A DNA stretch of 64,000 bases, taken from positions 160,001 to 224,000 of the forward strand of contig CAZALK010000002.1 of the NCBI GenBank assembly GCA_964486045.1, given 5' to 3'. This DNA is from an uncultured archaeon (GTDB lineage: Archaea > Asgardarchaeota > Lokiarchaeia > Sigyniarchaeales > SOKP01). Every line of letters begins with the position of its first letter. Positions within the stretch are counted from its first letter, which is position 1. Positions 49,192 through 60,379 of the stretch are shown here, piece after piece. A model generated the notes under the pieces. The model made no database searches. It saw only the letters and a program-made list of their open reading frames with translations, and had not been told where the DNA came from. Both the position numbers and the translations under genes were made by a program.

Positions 49192-50118
49192 TTAAATAAA
49201 TTCCCTGATTAAAGAATTGATCTCATTGGGACACTCATTAATTACCCAGTGAGAGCCACGTTTGATACATTTAATTGTTAAATCTGGGACATATTCGTCA
49301 AGTCCTTTAAGGTTATGAACTGTTAATGCTGTGTCTTTTTCTCCCCAAATAACTAAGGTAGGAACGTTTATCATAAGCGGTATAGCAGTTGATGGACTAT
49401 CGGCCAATGCTGTTATCTCTTCTCCTTTTTCAGGAGGAGGTAATCCTCCAGCGCGATAATAATTTAACCCTCCAGTTAAAGCCCCAGGTTCAGACCATGC
49501 ATTTTTATAAATCTCGCGATCATCATCATCAAATTCTATTTCAGAATTGACAACAATATCGAACAAAGCTTTATAGTTATTAGCAGATAACCATCCCTCA
49601 GCTATATAGCCATTCTCATTTTTAGATCGAAAGAATAATATATATTGGCTAGATGATTGTTGCTCCTCATTGTTTGCAATTAATTTTCCAAACGTATTTG
49701 GGTGCGGAGCATTTATGATGATTAATTTCTCAACTAACTCAGGGTGCAAGTTTGCAAAAGGCCAAGCAACAACACCGCCCCAATCATGGCCCACTAATAT
49801 AAATTTCTTACGTCCAAAATGTTCTTCTACTAAAGCTCTAATATCTTCAACGATATATCCAGGTTGATATTGTTCTATATCCTCAGGTTTAGATGAGGTA
49901 TTATATCCTCTCATATCAGGAGCTACTGCCAAATAATCTTTAGAAAATTCTAAAAGCTGATCTCTCCACATATACCAGAATTGCGGAAATCCATGCAAGA
50001 AAATGATCAATTTACCATCATCATTACCTGTTTTAACATAATGAAGTTTTACATTGTTTATTTCAGCAAATTCGCTTTTAAATTCTGGAAATTTTTTCTT
50101 TATTATTTCTTCGGACAT
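49192..50118 (-). CDS. Alpha/beta hydrolase, epoxide hydrolase-like
   Basis: LHGFP, PDMRGYN, GHDWGG nucleophile elbow, LNYYRA, WGEKD, SHW. Confidence 0.9.
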   Translation of the reverse strand: MSEEIIKKKFPEFKSEFAEINNVKLHYVKTGNDDGKLIIFLHGFPQFWYMWRDQLLEFSKDYLAVAPDMRGYNTSSKPEDIEQYQPGYIVEDIRALVEEHFGRKKFILVGHDWGGVVAWPFANLHPELVEKLIIINAPHPNTFGKLIANNEEQQSSSQYILFFRSKNENGYIAEGWLSANNYKALFDIVVNSEIEFDDDDREIYKNAWSEPGALTGGLNYYRAGGLPPPEKGEEITALADSPSTAIPLMINVPTLVIWGEKDTALTVHNLKGLDEYVPDLTIKCIKRGSHWVINECPNEINSLIREFI

Positions 50119-50241
50119 CTTATTATACCTTCAAATTATTAGACTATATTGTCCAAAAACTACGATACATAATCTAAATAATCTAAATTAAATTATATTT
50201 TGTAATATTTTTCAACTATTAAAAATTCGTAGTGAGTTTTT

Positions 50242-52428
50242 ACGGTAAATAATAATCTCAATGAAGAAAAACCGTTTTATTTAGATTATACTATATCAAT
50301 TGAAGAAAGAGTAGATGATCTGGTCTCGAGGATGACCCTCGAAGAGAAAATCTCCCAAATGATCAATACAGCAGTAGCTATTCCACGTTTACATGTGCCA
50401 AAATACAATTGGTGGAACGAATGTTTGCATGGAGTACTTGCAAAGGGAAATTCAACCGTTTTTCCTCAAGCAATTGGAATTGCAGCTACTTGGAATGTGG
50501 ATTTAATTCATAAGGTAGCTACAGCTATTTCCGATGAAGCAAGGGCAATTCACCATGAAGCTGTTAGAAATGAAGATAGGGGACTTTTTCAAGGACTGAC
50601 ATTTTGGTCACCTAATGTGAACCTCTTCAGAGATCCACGCTGGGGACGTGGTCAAGAGACTTATGGGGAAGATCCATATTTATCTTCAAGAATGGGAGTA
50701 AATTTTGTAAAGGGACTTCAAGGTTATGATCCAAAATATCTTAAAGTGATTTCCACTCCAAAACATTATGTGGTTCACAGTGGTCCTGAAGGGAAAAGAC
50801 ATGAATTTAATGCAAAAATTACTAATAAAAATCTTTGGGAGACATATCTTCCTGCATTTGAAGCTTGTATAAGAGAGGGTAAAGCTTTTTCTATAATGTG
50901 TGCGTATAATCGGACAAATGAGGATCCATGTTGTTCAAGTGAAGTTTTATTACAGGAAATATTAAGAGATGATTGGGGTTTTGAAGGATATGTCGTTTCC
51001 GATTGTGGTGCTATAGGAGATATATATAGAACTCATAAAATAGCAAAGACTGCTGCTGAAGCCGCGGCGTTAGCTATTAATGGTGGATGTGATTTGTTTT
51101 GTCAAGTTATGTATGCAAATATCAAATATAAAAAGAAATTTTGGGAATGGATGATTGATGCTGTAGAACAAAATATATTATCAGAAAATACCATTGATAA
51201 GTCTGTTAGACGTCTTTTTATGGCAAGGTTTAAACTCGGTATGTTTGATCCACCTGAGGTAGTTCAATATCAACAGATTCCTTTTGAAATAAATGACTGT
51301 GAGGAACACCGTCAATTAGCATTAAAAACCGCAAAAGAATCAATAGTTCTATTAAAGAATGAAGATAACCTACTGCCATTGAAAAAAGATCTTAATTCAA
51401 TAGCTGTAATAGGCCCCAATGCTGACGATTTATCTGTACTTCTTGGTAATTATAATAGTATTCCATCTCGACATACAACATTTCTTCAAGGAATAAAACA
51501 AAAAGTATCCTATAAAACCAAAGTATCATATGTGAAGGGATGCGATGTAATTAAAGAATCTAAGGAAGAATTTAATAAAGCAGTTGAAGCTGCTAATAAT
51601 TCAGAACTAGTTTTATTGTTTCTTGGAATTTCTGCTTTGATTGAAGGTGAAGAAGGGTCAGCAGAACTCTCTGAAACCAATGGGGATAGAATCAACTTAG
51701 ATTTACCTGGTGTTCAAGAAGATCTTTTAAAAGTAATACATCAAACGGGTAAACCAATAATACTTATCTTAACAAGTGGAAGCGCCTTATCAGTCAATTA
51801 TGCAAAGGAGAATATCCCTGCAATTATTCAAGCGTGGTATCCTGGAGAGGAAGGAGGTGTTGCAACAGCGGATATTATTTTTGGTGATTATAATCCAAGT
51901 GGAAAATTACCAATAACATTTTATAAATCGGTTGATCAACTACCACCATTCGAAGATTACAGCATGGAAGGAAGAACATATAGATATTTTAAAGACGTCC
52001 CATTATATTCTTTTGGACACGGATTGAGCTATACTAAATTTAAATATAATAATCTTAGCATTTCTCCTCAAAAGGCCAATATCGGGGATATCATAAATGT
52101 AAGTGTTGATGTAGAGAATATAGGCGATCGGTTTGGTGAGGAAATTGTCCAGCTTTATATCAATAACTTCAAGTCTAATTTAAATTTACCATTAAGAGAA
52201 CTTCAAGGTTTTAAGAAAATTTCACTCAAATGTGCTGAAAAAACTAAAGTTTCATTTAAATTAACTAAAAAAAATCTTTCTTATATTAATAATGAAGGCA
52301 AACGATTAATTGAATCTGGTAAATTTACTATTTCTGTTGGAGGATGTCAGCCAGGATATAGTGATGATGGGATAAATTTTGTTCAAGAGAGTTTCGAGCT
52401 ATTAGGGGAAACAATGAGGATCCATTAG
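50242..52428 (+). CDS. GH3 beta-glucosidase/beta-xylosidase
   Basis: WNECLHG, RDPRWGRGQETYGEDP, KHY, VVSDC, C-terminal Fn3-like domain. The conserved PFYLD...IEERVDDLVSR lies upstream of ATG 50332; proposed start is ACG 50242. Confidence 0.92.
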   Translation, partial: TVNNNLNEEKPFYLDYTISIEERVDDLVSRMTLEEKISQMINTAVAIPRLHVPKYNWWNECLHGVLAKGNSTVFPQAIGIAATWNVDLIHKVATAISDEARAIHHEAVRNEDRGLFQGLTFWSPNVNLFRDPRWGRGQETYGEDPYLSSRMGVNFVKGLQGYDPKYLKVISTPKHYVVHSGPEGKRHEFNAKITNKNLWETYLPAFEACIREGKAFSIMCAYNRTNEDPCCSSEVLLQEILRDDWGFEGYVVSDCGAIGDIYRTHKIAKTAAEAAALAINGGCDLFCQVMYANIKYKKKFWEWMIDAVEQNILSENTIDKSVRRLFMARFKLGMFDPPEVVQYQQIPFEINDCEEHRQLALKTAKESIVLLKNEDNLLPLKKDLNSIAVIGPNADDLSVLLGNYNSIPSRHTTFLQGIKQKVSYKTKVSYVKGCDVIKESKEEFNKAVEAANNSELVLLFLGISALIEGEEGSAELSETNGDRINLDLPGVQEDLLKVIHQTGKPIILILTSGSALSVNYAKENIPAIIQAWYPGEEGGVATADIIFGDYNPSGKLPITFYKSVDQLPPFEDYSMEGRTYRYFKDVPLYSFGHGLSYTKFKYNNLSISPQKANIGDIINVSVDVENIGDRFGEEIVQLYINNFKSNLNLPLRELQGFKKISLKCAEKTKVSFKLTKKNLSYINNEGKRLIESGKFTISVGGCQPGYSDDGINFVQESFELLGETMRIH

Positions 52429-52550
52429 TTGTTGGATTATATCACTAAAATTTATTTTTTATTCCATCTGAATATAACTTTAATACAGAATTATCTTTAT
52501 CCGTTATTGGTCAAACTTTCCATTCCAAAGATGATTAAAAAGGTAAAAAA

Positions 52551-53006
52551 ATGCCCACAAACCAATTTGTGCCTGACAATTTCGAGATCCCAGATGTACA
52601 TGAGACAGACAGTTTCCGTTTTCGGATGCTGTCAGCAGATGATCTCGAAAAAGATTATGAAGCAGTCATTGAGAGCCGAAAACTCCTCCATGCGATGTTT
52701 GGTGGTCCCTGGCCTAGAGTAGGATTCACCCTCGAAGAAAATCTCACCGATCTAAAAAGGCACCAACAAGAATTCATTGATCGGAAAGCATTTGCCTATA
52801 CAGTTGTATCATTGGATGAAACAAAGGTTCTTGGCTGCCTTTATATCAACCCTCACAAAACTAAAGGTTCAGATGCCGTCGTAGTTATGTGGGTACGTCA
52901 GAGCGAATACGATAAAGGGTTGGACAAGATTTTATTCAATACTGTAAAAGATTGGATCAGTACAAAATGGCCTTTTAAGAATGTAGAATACCCAGGTAGA
53001 GAATAA
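52551..53006 (+). CDS. GNAT-like acetyltransferase
   Basis: DYEAV, WP...TLEENL.DL.RH, FAYTV, GCLYI.P, WVR, WPF..V.YPGR; visibly more GC-rich than its neighbours. Confidence 0.7.
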   Translation: MPTNQFVPDNFEIPDVHETDSFRFRMLSADDLEKDYEAVIESRKLLHAMFGGPWPRVGFTLEENLTDLKRHQQEFIDRKAFAYTVVSLDETKVLGCLYINPHKTKGSDAVVVMWVRQSEYDKGLDKILFNTVKDWISTKWPFKNVEYPGRE

Positions 53007-53103
53007 GTAATATAGAGAAATAAAATTTATAGTTTATATGCCTAAACTTTATTTCTTATCATTTTGGTAGATAAATTTAAATGAATATCGTACTCTTTAT
53101 AAT

Positions 53104-54894
53104 TTGGTGAAGATTTTGGTAAGATTTAGATGCTCGGTTTGTAATTTCATTTATGATGAGGGTAAAGAGGGGGGAAATTTTTCTGCATTATCTGACTCTT
53201 GGACATGTCCTGTGTGTGGTGCCCCAAAAAGTGCTTTTATTACAGAAGGAGTTAGTAAAGGTGATAATACCATAGCTACTAATGTTGCAGAAAAAATTAT
53301 TGAACAATTGGTTGCTTTTGGAGTTAAGCATGTTTTTGGAATTCCTGGAGATTCTAATCTCCCTTTAGTCAATGCAATTCGTGAAAACGATAAGATTGAT
53401 TTTATTTTAACTAGGCATGAAGAAACAGCTGCTTTCATAGCTTCTGCTCACGGAAAAATTACCGGTAAGTTAGGCGTTTGTATGTCGATTGCAGGACCTG
53501 GAGCTACTAACTTAATTACAGGATTAATGGACTCTGCAACTGATAGAAGCCCCGTTTTGGCACTTGTAGGTCAAATTCCTGAAGTTTACTTAGGTAGTGA
53601 AGCATTCCAGGAAATAGACCAAATTACATTATTTCAACCTTTTGCAGAATACGCTGAAACGATTGCAAGATCGAGTCAGGCAATTAAACTTACAATGATG
53701 GCCGCAAAATATGCTCTTAAGAAACCAGGAGTAGCTGTTTTAAGTTGTCCCACAGATGTTCTTGTTGAAAAATTAGATGATAATATAATCCGTCCAGAGA
53801 AACGATTGTTTAAAAGTGAGGTTACATCAACTAATGAAGAACTACAAAAAGCAGCAGATCTTATCAATAAGTGCACTAGACCAGTAGTATTCGGGGGTTG
53901 GGGATCAAGGTATGCTGGAGAACTACTGATCGAACTCTCAGAGCGATTGAAAGCTCCAATTGCCACAACATCACGAGTTAAAGGTATTGTTCATGAAACA
54001 CATAAATATGCAGTGGGGGTATTAGGTTCAATAGGAACAAAATATTCAGCGATGGCTATTCGAGGGTGTGATTTAATAATAATAATTGGCTCAGGTTTTA
54101 GGCAAGCAAATCTCGTGCCTCCAAACGTAAAAATAATACAAATAGATAATGATACAACTCGAATAGGTAAGACTTTTGATGTTGATATTGGGTTAGTAGG
54201 TGATGGTCGACTTGTTCTTCAAAAGTTAATACCTTTAGTGGAAGGTAAACAAGAAGATAATGATTTTTTATCTCATGTTTTTAAAATGAAACAAGAACAT
54301 ATGGCTGAACTAGAAATAGAAGCAAAAGATTTATCAGTTCCTATCAACCCTGGTTATGTTATTCAATCTATGAGGAGAACTTTAGAAAAGGATGCAATAA
54401 TATGTGTGGATGTGGGAGATCATACCTATCATTTCTACAAAAAATTTATCTGTGAAGGGCATAAAACTTATTTAAATGCAAATATGGCAAGTATGGGATT
54501 TGCTTTACCAGCTTCTATCGCAGCTAAGCTAGAGTTTCCTGAAAAGCAGGTTATATGTCTTGCTAGCGACGGTGGTTTTGCTATGTTGATGGCAGATTTT
54601 ACTACAGCAGTACGAGAGAAATTGAACATAGTCGCTATTATCTTTCATGATTGTGTTTTGAAAAATATTAAGAAGGAACTAATAAGAGACGGTTATCCCG
54701 TATTTGGTGTTGAGTTTCCTAATCCTAACTTTGCTGAGTTTGCTACATCAAGCGGAGGTTTTGGTGTAAGGGTTGAATCTCCCGAGCAATTAGATGATGC
54801 TTTACAAGAAGCTTTAAATTCGGGCAAACCTTCTATAGTTGAAGTAATGACAGATCCTGACAAAATGGCTGCTTCAACTAAGAAAGTAGAATAG
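53104..54894 (+). CDS. Rubredoxin-fused thiamine-pyrophosphate enzyme (pyruvate oxidase / acetolactate synthase family)
   Basis: CSVCNFIYD...[13 protein letters not shown]; GIPGDS, RHEETA, GPGATN, FQEID, MGFALPA; probable start TTG 53116 after GGTGA. Confidence 0.88.
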   Translation: MVKILVRFRCSVCNFIYDEGKEGGNFSALSDSWTCPVCGAPKSAFITEGVSKGDNTIATNVAEKIIEQLVAFGVKHVFGIPGDSNLPLVNAIRENDKIDFILTRHEETAAFIASAHGKITGKLGVCMSIAGPGATNLITGLMDSATDRSPVLALVGQIPEVYLGSEAFQEIDQITLFQPFAEYAETIARSSQAIKLTMMAAKYALKKPGVAVLSCPTDVLVEKLDDNIIRPEKRLFKSEVTSTNEELQKAADLINKCTRPVVFGGWGSRYAGELLIELSERLKAPIATTSRVKGIVHETHKYAVGVLGSIGTKYSAMAIRGCDLIIIIGSGFRQANLVPPNVKIIQIDNDTTRIGKTFDVDIGLVGDGRLVLQKLIPLVEGKQEDNDFLSHVFKMKQEHMAELEIEAKDLSVPINPGYVIQSMRRTLEKDAIICVDVGDHTYHFYKKFICEGHKTYLNANMASMGFALPASIAAKLEFPEKQVICLASDGGFAMLMADFTTAVREKLNIVAIIFHDCVLKNIKKELIRDGYPVFGVEFPNPNFAEFATSSGGFGVRVESPEQLDDALQEALNSGKPSIVEVMTDPDKMAASTKKVE

Positions 54895-54932
54895 AAATAA
54901 TTATTATGTGATTTTTTTATTGAGGAAATAAA

Positions 54933-55792
54933 ATGAAATCTTCAATTATCGAGAAAATGGGTTACGAAGCGGATGATAAAGTTGTAATAACTCATATAGA
55001 CGATATAGCATCTTCTCATTCTGCGAACGTTGCTTCTTTTGAATGTTTAGATTTTGGTGTTGCCAAATGTGGTTCAATAATATCAGTATCTAGCTGGTTA
55101 ATGGAAGTCGCCAAAATTTTTAAGCAAATAAAGATTATGATTTGGGTGTTCATTTAACATTAACAAGCGAATATGATACATATCGTTGGCGACCTTTGAG
55201 CACAAACGATCAAGATTCAGGATTATTTGACACTGAAGGTTATTTATGGAAAACTTCTCAGGAAGCTATAGCCAAAATAAAACCTCACACAGCTGAACTT
55301 GAGATGAGAGCTCAAATTGATATTGCAATAAACAATGGAATAGATATCACCCATATTGACAGCCATATGGGGACTGTGCTTTTTCCAAAGTATATTCAAA
55401 ATTATTTAAATTTATCAAAAGAATACAGAATTCCTGCATTTTTTCCCCACGTTCCAAAAAAACAGCTGAATAAATTTATAATTATGAATGATATTGAAAT
55501 AAATAATTATCCGTTCATTGATCACCTAAGATTCGGTTCCTTGGAACTAGAAGATGATAAAATTAAATTTTATTGTGATATGATTAATTCATTAAAACCA
55601 GGACTTACTCATCTCCTCTTCCATCCTGCCAAATTGAGCCCAGAACTTAAAGATATAAAACATACACCCGTTGAACGTAATCAAGATTATGAAGTCTTTA
55701 CAAATCTAAATTTGAAAAATTATGTAGAATCATTAGATATTCATCTTATTGGCTACAGAGACATAAGAAAATTTATTCGAGAATCATTATAA
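54933..55792 (+). pseudogene. YdjC/ChbG-family carbohydrate deacetylase split by a frameshift near 55125
   Basis: THIDD in the first ORF; DLGVHLTL, THIDSHMG and FHP in the second. One extra A in caaataaa would join them. Confidence 0.75.
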
Positions 55793-55892
55793 TAAAAATA
55801 TATTTATTATGCGAAGTTAATGAGGAAAAAATTCAAAAAATAAAAAGATCGTTATAAAGTTTAACTCTAGCTAATTTTTTTTTGAAAGCTTT

Positions 55893-57362
55893 CTAATTCC
55901 AGCTGATTTTAAAAGTTACAGCATAGTCACATGGCTTTTTATCAGGGATTTCTATATAAAGACCATCATCATCTACAGACCAGTTTAGATCCATTTCTAC
56001 CCCCAACATCTTAATTGATTTAATATCCTCTTCCGAGATCAAATGGAATGAGTTCCGATTGTCTGATTCTTTAACATTGATCCAGGATGTTCTAATAGTT
56101 TTAATGGTCAGTTTTGGTCTTATAGGCCATCCTAACACTATTGCATAAAGGCAGTTGTCCTTTACGGTAAATCTGATATCTTCTGGAGTATAAGGTCTAT
56201 CACCACTTTCAGAAAACATACCACCCCCTTTTAACTTCGTTGGACCTTCTTCAGCTATAGACCAAGGAGTACTTCCATAAATAGCTTCCCCATTAAGTTC
56301 TAACCATTTACCCATTTCCCTAAGTGCATCTTGATGGAGTTCGGGAATCGTACCATCAGATTTTGGACCAATATTAATAACTAAATATCCATGCTTTGCT
56401 ACTCTATCAATAAAATTATGCACTAAGATACGAGGTGATTTTACTCCAGCTTCTCTAGCATAACCCCAAGCTGTCGATCCTGCATTAATGTCTACTGAAG
56501 TATCTGTAATCCATTTATAATAAGTAAGTCTATTTGCTCTTCCTACCTCATAATCAACAACGCCAATACCAGGGGGGAGATTGTTCATCTTATAAAGAAT
56601 CTCAACTTCCTTACCCCATTCTTCAGCAATATTAAAATAATATGCTAACACTTCTTTTTTATACTTTTCTTGAATTCTTCCAAGTCCAAAATCCCACCAT
56701 ATGAGATCCGGTTTATATTTATCAATCACTTCAATTACGATGGCTCTCCACCAATCAAGAAACTCTTTATTTGGCCAGATCTGATATCGTTTATACTTCC
56801 CGTGATATCTAACGCCATACAAACCTGCAAATTCTGGATTTGCTGTATCAAATTCAGGATTTGATTGAGGAAAAAAATACCAGTTCGCGCCATGATGAAA
56901 AGCGACCATAAATTTTAGACCTTGTTTTCTAATAGCTTTTTCCATTTCACCAACTGTATCCCGTTTTGGTCCCATTTTAGCAGCATTCCACTTAGTTACT
57001 TTACTATCCCACATAGCAAAAGAATCATGATGGATTGCGACAGGTCCAGCAAACTTAGCACCTGCGTTTTTAAATAACTTGGCCCATTCTTCAGGATTAA
57101 ACTTTTCTGCCTTGAATAGCGGGATAAGATCTTTATAACCAAATTCAATCGGATCCCCATAATGCTGTACATGGAATTCATATTGCCTTGTTCCCTTTCT
57201 ATACATATTAAATGGGTACCAACTTACATTAGGACCACAAGCAGGCACAGAATAAACTCCCCAATGGTAATAAATTCCAAACTTAGCATCATCAAGCCAT
57301 TCTGGAGTTCTATGCTTTTTTAGAGAATTCCACGTCGGTTTATATTTTTCTTTAAAACTCAT
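55893..57362 (-). CDS. Alpha-L-fucosidase (GH29)
   Basis: WLDDAKFGIYYHWGVYSVPA, HHDSF, PDLIWWD, NIGPKSDGTIP, NGEAIYGS. Confidence 0.93.
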   Translation of the reverse strand: MSFKEKYKPTWNSLKKHRTPEWLDDAKFGIYYHWGVYSVPACGPNVSWYPFNMYRKGTRQYEFHVQHYGDPIEFGYKDLIPLFKAEKFNPEEWAKLFKNAGAKFAGPVAIHHDSFAMWDSKVTKWNAAKMGPKRDTVGEMEKAIRKQGLKFMVAFHHGANWYFFPQSNPEFDTANPEFAGLYGVRYHGKYKRYQIWPNKEFLDWWRAIVIEVIDKYKPDLIWWDFGLGRIQEKYKKEVLAYYFNIAEEWGKEVEILYKMNNLPPGIGVVDYEVGRANRLTYYKWITDTSVDINAGSTAWGYAREAGVKSPRILVHNFIDRVAKHGYLVINIGPKSDGTIPELHQDALREMGKWLELNGEAIYGSTPWSIAEEGPTKLKGGGMFSESGDRPYTPEDIRFTVKDNCLYAIVLGWPIRPKLTIKTIRTSWINVKESDNRNSFHLISEEDIKSIKMLGVEMDLNWSVDDDGLYIEIPDKKPCDYAVTFKISWN

Positions 57363-57511
57363 TTTTTGCCAGTTTTCTTTATCTTTTATGAAACTTTAAA
57401 GATTAAAATATAAAAAGACAAAATAATCTTAATATTTTTAGTATTATTACTCTAAGAAAAAATTAAAAGTTGAATTTTTATAGATTCTAATTAAAGTAGG
57501 TTTCAGAAATA

Positions 57512-59587
57512 ATGCAAGAAAATTTAATTGCTCACTGGAATTTTGATGAAACAATTGATGATGACTTTATTTTGGATTCGATTTCACATGAAAAAGATCA
57601 GATCTTTGGTTACATCGATCTTTTGAATGGAATCAAAGGGAATGCATTACGATTTGATGGGTATACAACACATCTTATGATTCCCAAAAAAAGGCTTCCC
57701 GAGTCTCTGAACCAATTTTCTATTAGTGCTTGGATAGCTAATGGTGCTTATACTTGGAATGAGGGACCTATCATCGAAAATTATGATGAAAAAAATGGAT
57801 TCTTTCTGGGAGTGACTGCTAACGGAAGAATCAGGTTTAAATTAATAATTAATGGGAAAGTATTTAAAGTAGAAACTGAAGAAAAAACCCCACTCTTCAT
57901 GTGGATGAATGTTACAAGCGTATTTGATAGTACTCGAGGGATATATCTCTATATAAACGGTGAATTAAAGGATTCCTTAGAAATAAAAGAAGACATAGGA
58001 GATGTAAGTCTTCCAAATGATTTGATTAATATAGGAAAGGCTGCCAAGGACGTTCGACCCACAAATGGGGTTAATAATGGTGGTCACTTTCCTTGTCCGA
58101 TTTATCTTGATGGAATTATTGACGAACTAAAATTTTTTGAAAAGGCAATTTCAACTGAACAAATTCAAGAAATTTTCACAAGTATTAAAAATCTAGGAGA
58201 ACCTCCCTTGGAAAAACGTGGACTTCCAACACTTCCTAAAGCTTCAAACCGATTTGGTGCATATTACACAACACTTAAATACTATAAAGAATGGGATCGT
58301 CTTTGGAGAGTGAAGGATCACTCGGATATAGTTGTTCTCTTTGATAATATGCCCATTAAATATGTTTTCTGGAGAGGTTTAAATTACATTTCTGCCTGGG
58401 TAACAGGTAATGACATCTGGTATACGAACGAATTTAATGAAACGTGGGCAGATAAGTTTGATCCCGATATCAACGGATGTGCTGAACCAATGTCTGATAA
58501 ACAGTGCAAAACCTCTCACGTTAGGATTATAGAATCGAATGATGCCCGTGTTATAGTTCACTGGCGTTATGCTCTTATAGATACTAATTATAGACAGGCA
58601 AGAGTAGATCCACTCACAAAATGGGGAGATTGGTCTGATGAATATTATGTCATTTATCCTGATGGAGTTGGGATTCGAGATATCACGTTACATAGTTCTC
58701 AACCAATGGAGCCACATGAATTTCAAGAGTCAATCGTTATCATAGGTGAAGGAATGTGTCCAGAAGATGTCTATGAATTAGAAGCAGTTACGTTTTTCAA
58801 CATGAAAGGTGAATCATATACTTATAGTTGGGAAATCGCATCTCCCAAGTTTTTCCTTGGTCCTAAAAATAAAAATATTGAAATTATTAATATAAAATCA
58901 GATACTGTTCCTTATTTAATTGTTCCAGATGGTCCGTGTATTGTTGCTGGAAAAGAATTTAACGGAAAAAAACGTCGAAATCCACACTTCATGCCTTATG
59001 CATATTTTGTAAAAAGTGGATCACATTTTCCTTGGTGGAATTCTTGGCCTGTAGCTAATATTCCTACAGATGGAAGGTTTACTTCAGTGTCTGACCGTCC
59101 AGCACATACAAATGTTTCTTCAATGGCAGAATGGGCAGATTATGAAATAGGTCCGGAATTAAGAAGAAGGATTATGCTTCATGGTGTTTGGGATAAGAAT
59201 AATAAAGAAGGATTAGTAATCTTGGCTAAATCTTGGTTAAAAGCACCTGAGATCGAGTTGAAAAATGATGCTTTTGATGGGGGTAATTATGTACCACACG
59301 AGAGAGCATATTACTTCACATGTAAGGAACCTAAATCAAAAAATTCTCTTGACTTCGCGGTCAATGCTAGTGAAGAAAAGCCTATATTGAATCTCGCTCT
59401 TATTATCCGTAACTTTGATACTGACATCATTCTTAAAGTCAACGGTGAAAAAATTCTCCGCGGTAAGGATTTTCGATATGGAGTAGAGCATGAACTCAAT
59501 GAAAATAGATTAGTTATATGGTTAAAATTAAAAACAGAAAGTCGAACTCAAATACAAATTAGTCCTAGGGGTGTAAAGCAAAATTGA
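57512..59587 (+). CDS. LamG/ConA-like jelly-roll protein with a large uncharacterised C-terminal region
   Basis: AHWNFDE, GNALRFDG, FSISAWI, LYINGEL, GIIDELK; no signal peptide. Confidence 0.75.
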   Translation: MQENLIAHWNFDETIDDDFILDSISHEKDQIFGYIDLLNGIKGNALRFDGYTTHLMIPKKRLPESLNQFSISAWIANGAYTWNEGPIIENYDEKNGFFLGVTANGRIRFKLIINGKVFKVETEEKTPLFMWMNVTSVFDSTRGIYLYINGELKDSLEIKEDIGDVSLPNDLINIGKAAKDVRPTNGVNNGGHFPCPIYLDGIIDELKFFEKAISTEQIQEIFTSIKNLGEPPLEKRGLPTLPKASNRFGAYYTTLKYYKEWDRLWRVKDHSDIVVLFDNMPIKYVFWRGLNYISAWVTGNDIWYTNEFNETWADKFDPDINGCAEPMSDKQCKTSHVRIIESNDARVIVHWRYALIDTNYRQARVDPLTKWGDWSDEYYVIYPDGVGIRDITLHSSQPMEPHEFQESIVIIGEGMCPEDVYELEAVTFFNMKGESYTYSWEIASPKFFLGPKNKNIEIINIKSDTVPYLIVPDGPCIVAGKEFNGKKRRNPHFMPYAYFVKSGSHFPWWNSWPVANIPTDGRFTSVSDRPAHTNVSSMAEWADYEIGPELRRRIMLHGVWDKNNKEGLVILAKSWLKAPEIELKNDAFDGGNYVPHERAYYFTCKEPKSKNSLDFAVNASEEKPILNLALIIRNFDTDIILKVNGEKILRGKDFRYGVEHELNENRLVIWLKLKTESRTQIQISPRGVKQN

Positions 59588-60075
59588 ATGACGGTACAGC
59601 ATTGAAGATGTTTAAGCAAATCAAAACTGGAAAGCTCTACGGGGCCAATTTACGAACCTTTCTTGAAGTACTAAAATATCTTACTGATAAATCTGAATAT
59701 GCCGAAGAAGAGCTTTTTGGATGGGAAAAAATAGTTCAAATTAAGTTGATAGATGACATAGATTTCTACTTAAAAACTGAAGGACCTTTCTCAGAACACC
59801 CCAAATTAGCCATAAAATATGGAAATTCTGATTCACCGGATACAATAATAATTAGCGATGTAGATACATTTACAGGGGTAATTTGTGGAAGAAAACAAGT
59901 AAATGCTGAAAAGTTTAACATCGAAGGAGACCGAACACAAGCAGGTATTTTCTTCATGCTACTAATGCTTATTGCCCAAGAATTTACTGAGCAAAAAAGA
60001 CAAAGAGTAATAACACAAAAAAAAAATAATCCTAATATATTAATATCCTATAAACTAGATAAAGAAGGTATATAG
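59584..60075 (+). CDS. SCP2-like (lipid-carrier) domain protein
   Basis: G...PDTIIISDVDTFTGVICG...FNIEGD pattern; TTGA overlap with the LamG gene. Confidence 0.6.
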   Translation: MNDGTALKMFKQIKTGKLYGANLRTFLEVLKYLTDKSEYAEEELFGWEKIVQIKLIDDIDFYLKTEGPFSEHPKLAIKYGNSDSPDTIIISDVDTFTGVICGRKQVNAEKFNIEGDRTQAGIFFMLLMLIAQEFTEQKRQRVITQKKNNPNILISYKLDKEGI

Positions 60076-60259
60076 AACTAATAATTGCCAATAAAAAACC
60101 ATATTTTTTAAAATGATTTCCGAATTTTCGCTTCTTTGAGAATGTAAATATGTTTTTATCATATTCAGTATTACAATTAGAACATGCGTAACTCTCTATT
60201 TTTATGTTATAGCTTACCTTATAACCACATATTGTACATTTGAAATTGTTCTTTTTCAT
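60032..60259 (-). CDS. Small zinc-ribbon protein with a C-terminal TM
   Basis: CTIC...CSNC, basic stretch, hydrophobic tail. Confidence 0.65.
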   Translation of the reverse strand: MKKNNFKCTICGYKVSYNIKIESYACSNCNTEYDKNIFTFSKKRKFGNHFKKYGFLLAIISSIYLLYLVYRILIY

Positions 60260-60379
60260 ATAGATGATTTTAATGAAATCTATTTTAAAAAATTTGAGTA
60301 AGTTAATCTTCGTATAACTATTGTTAATTATCTCAAAAAAAAAGATAAAAAAATTAAGGATTAAATAATAGAAAAGGAG

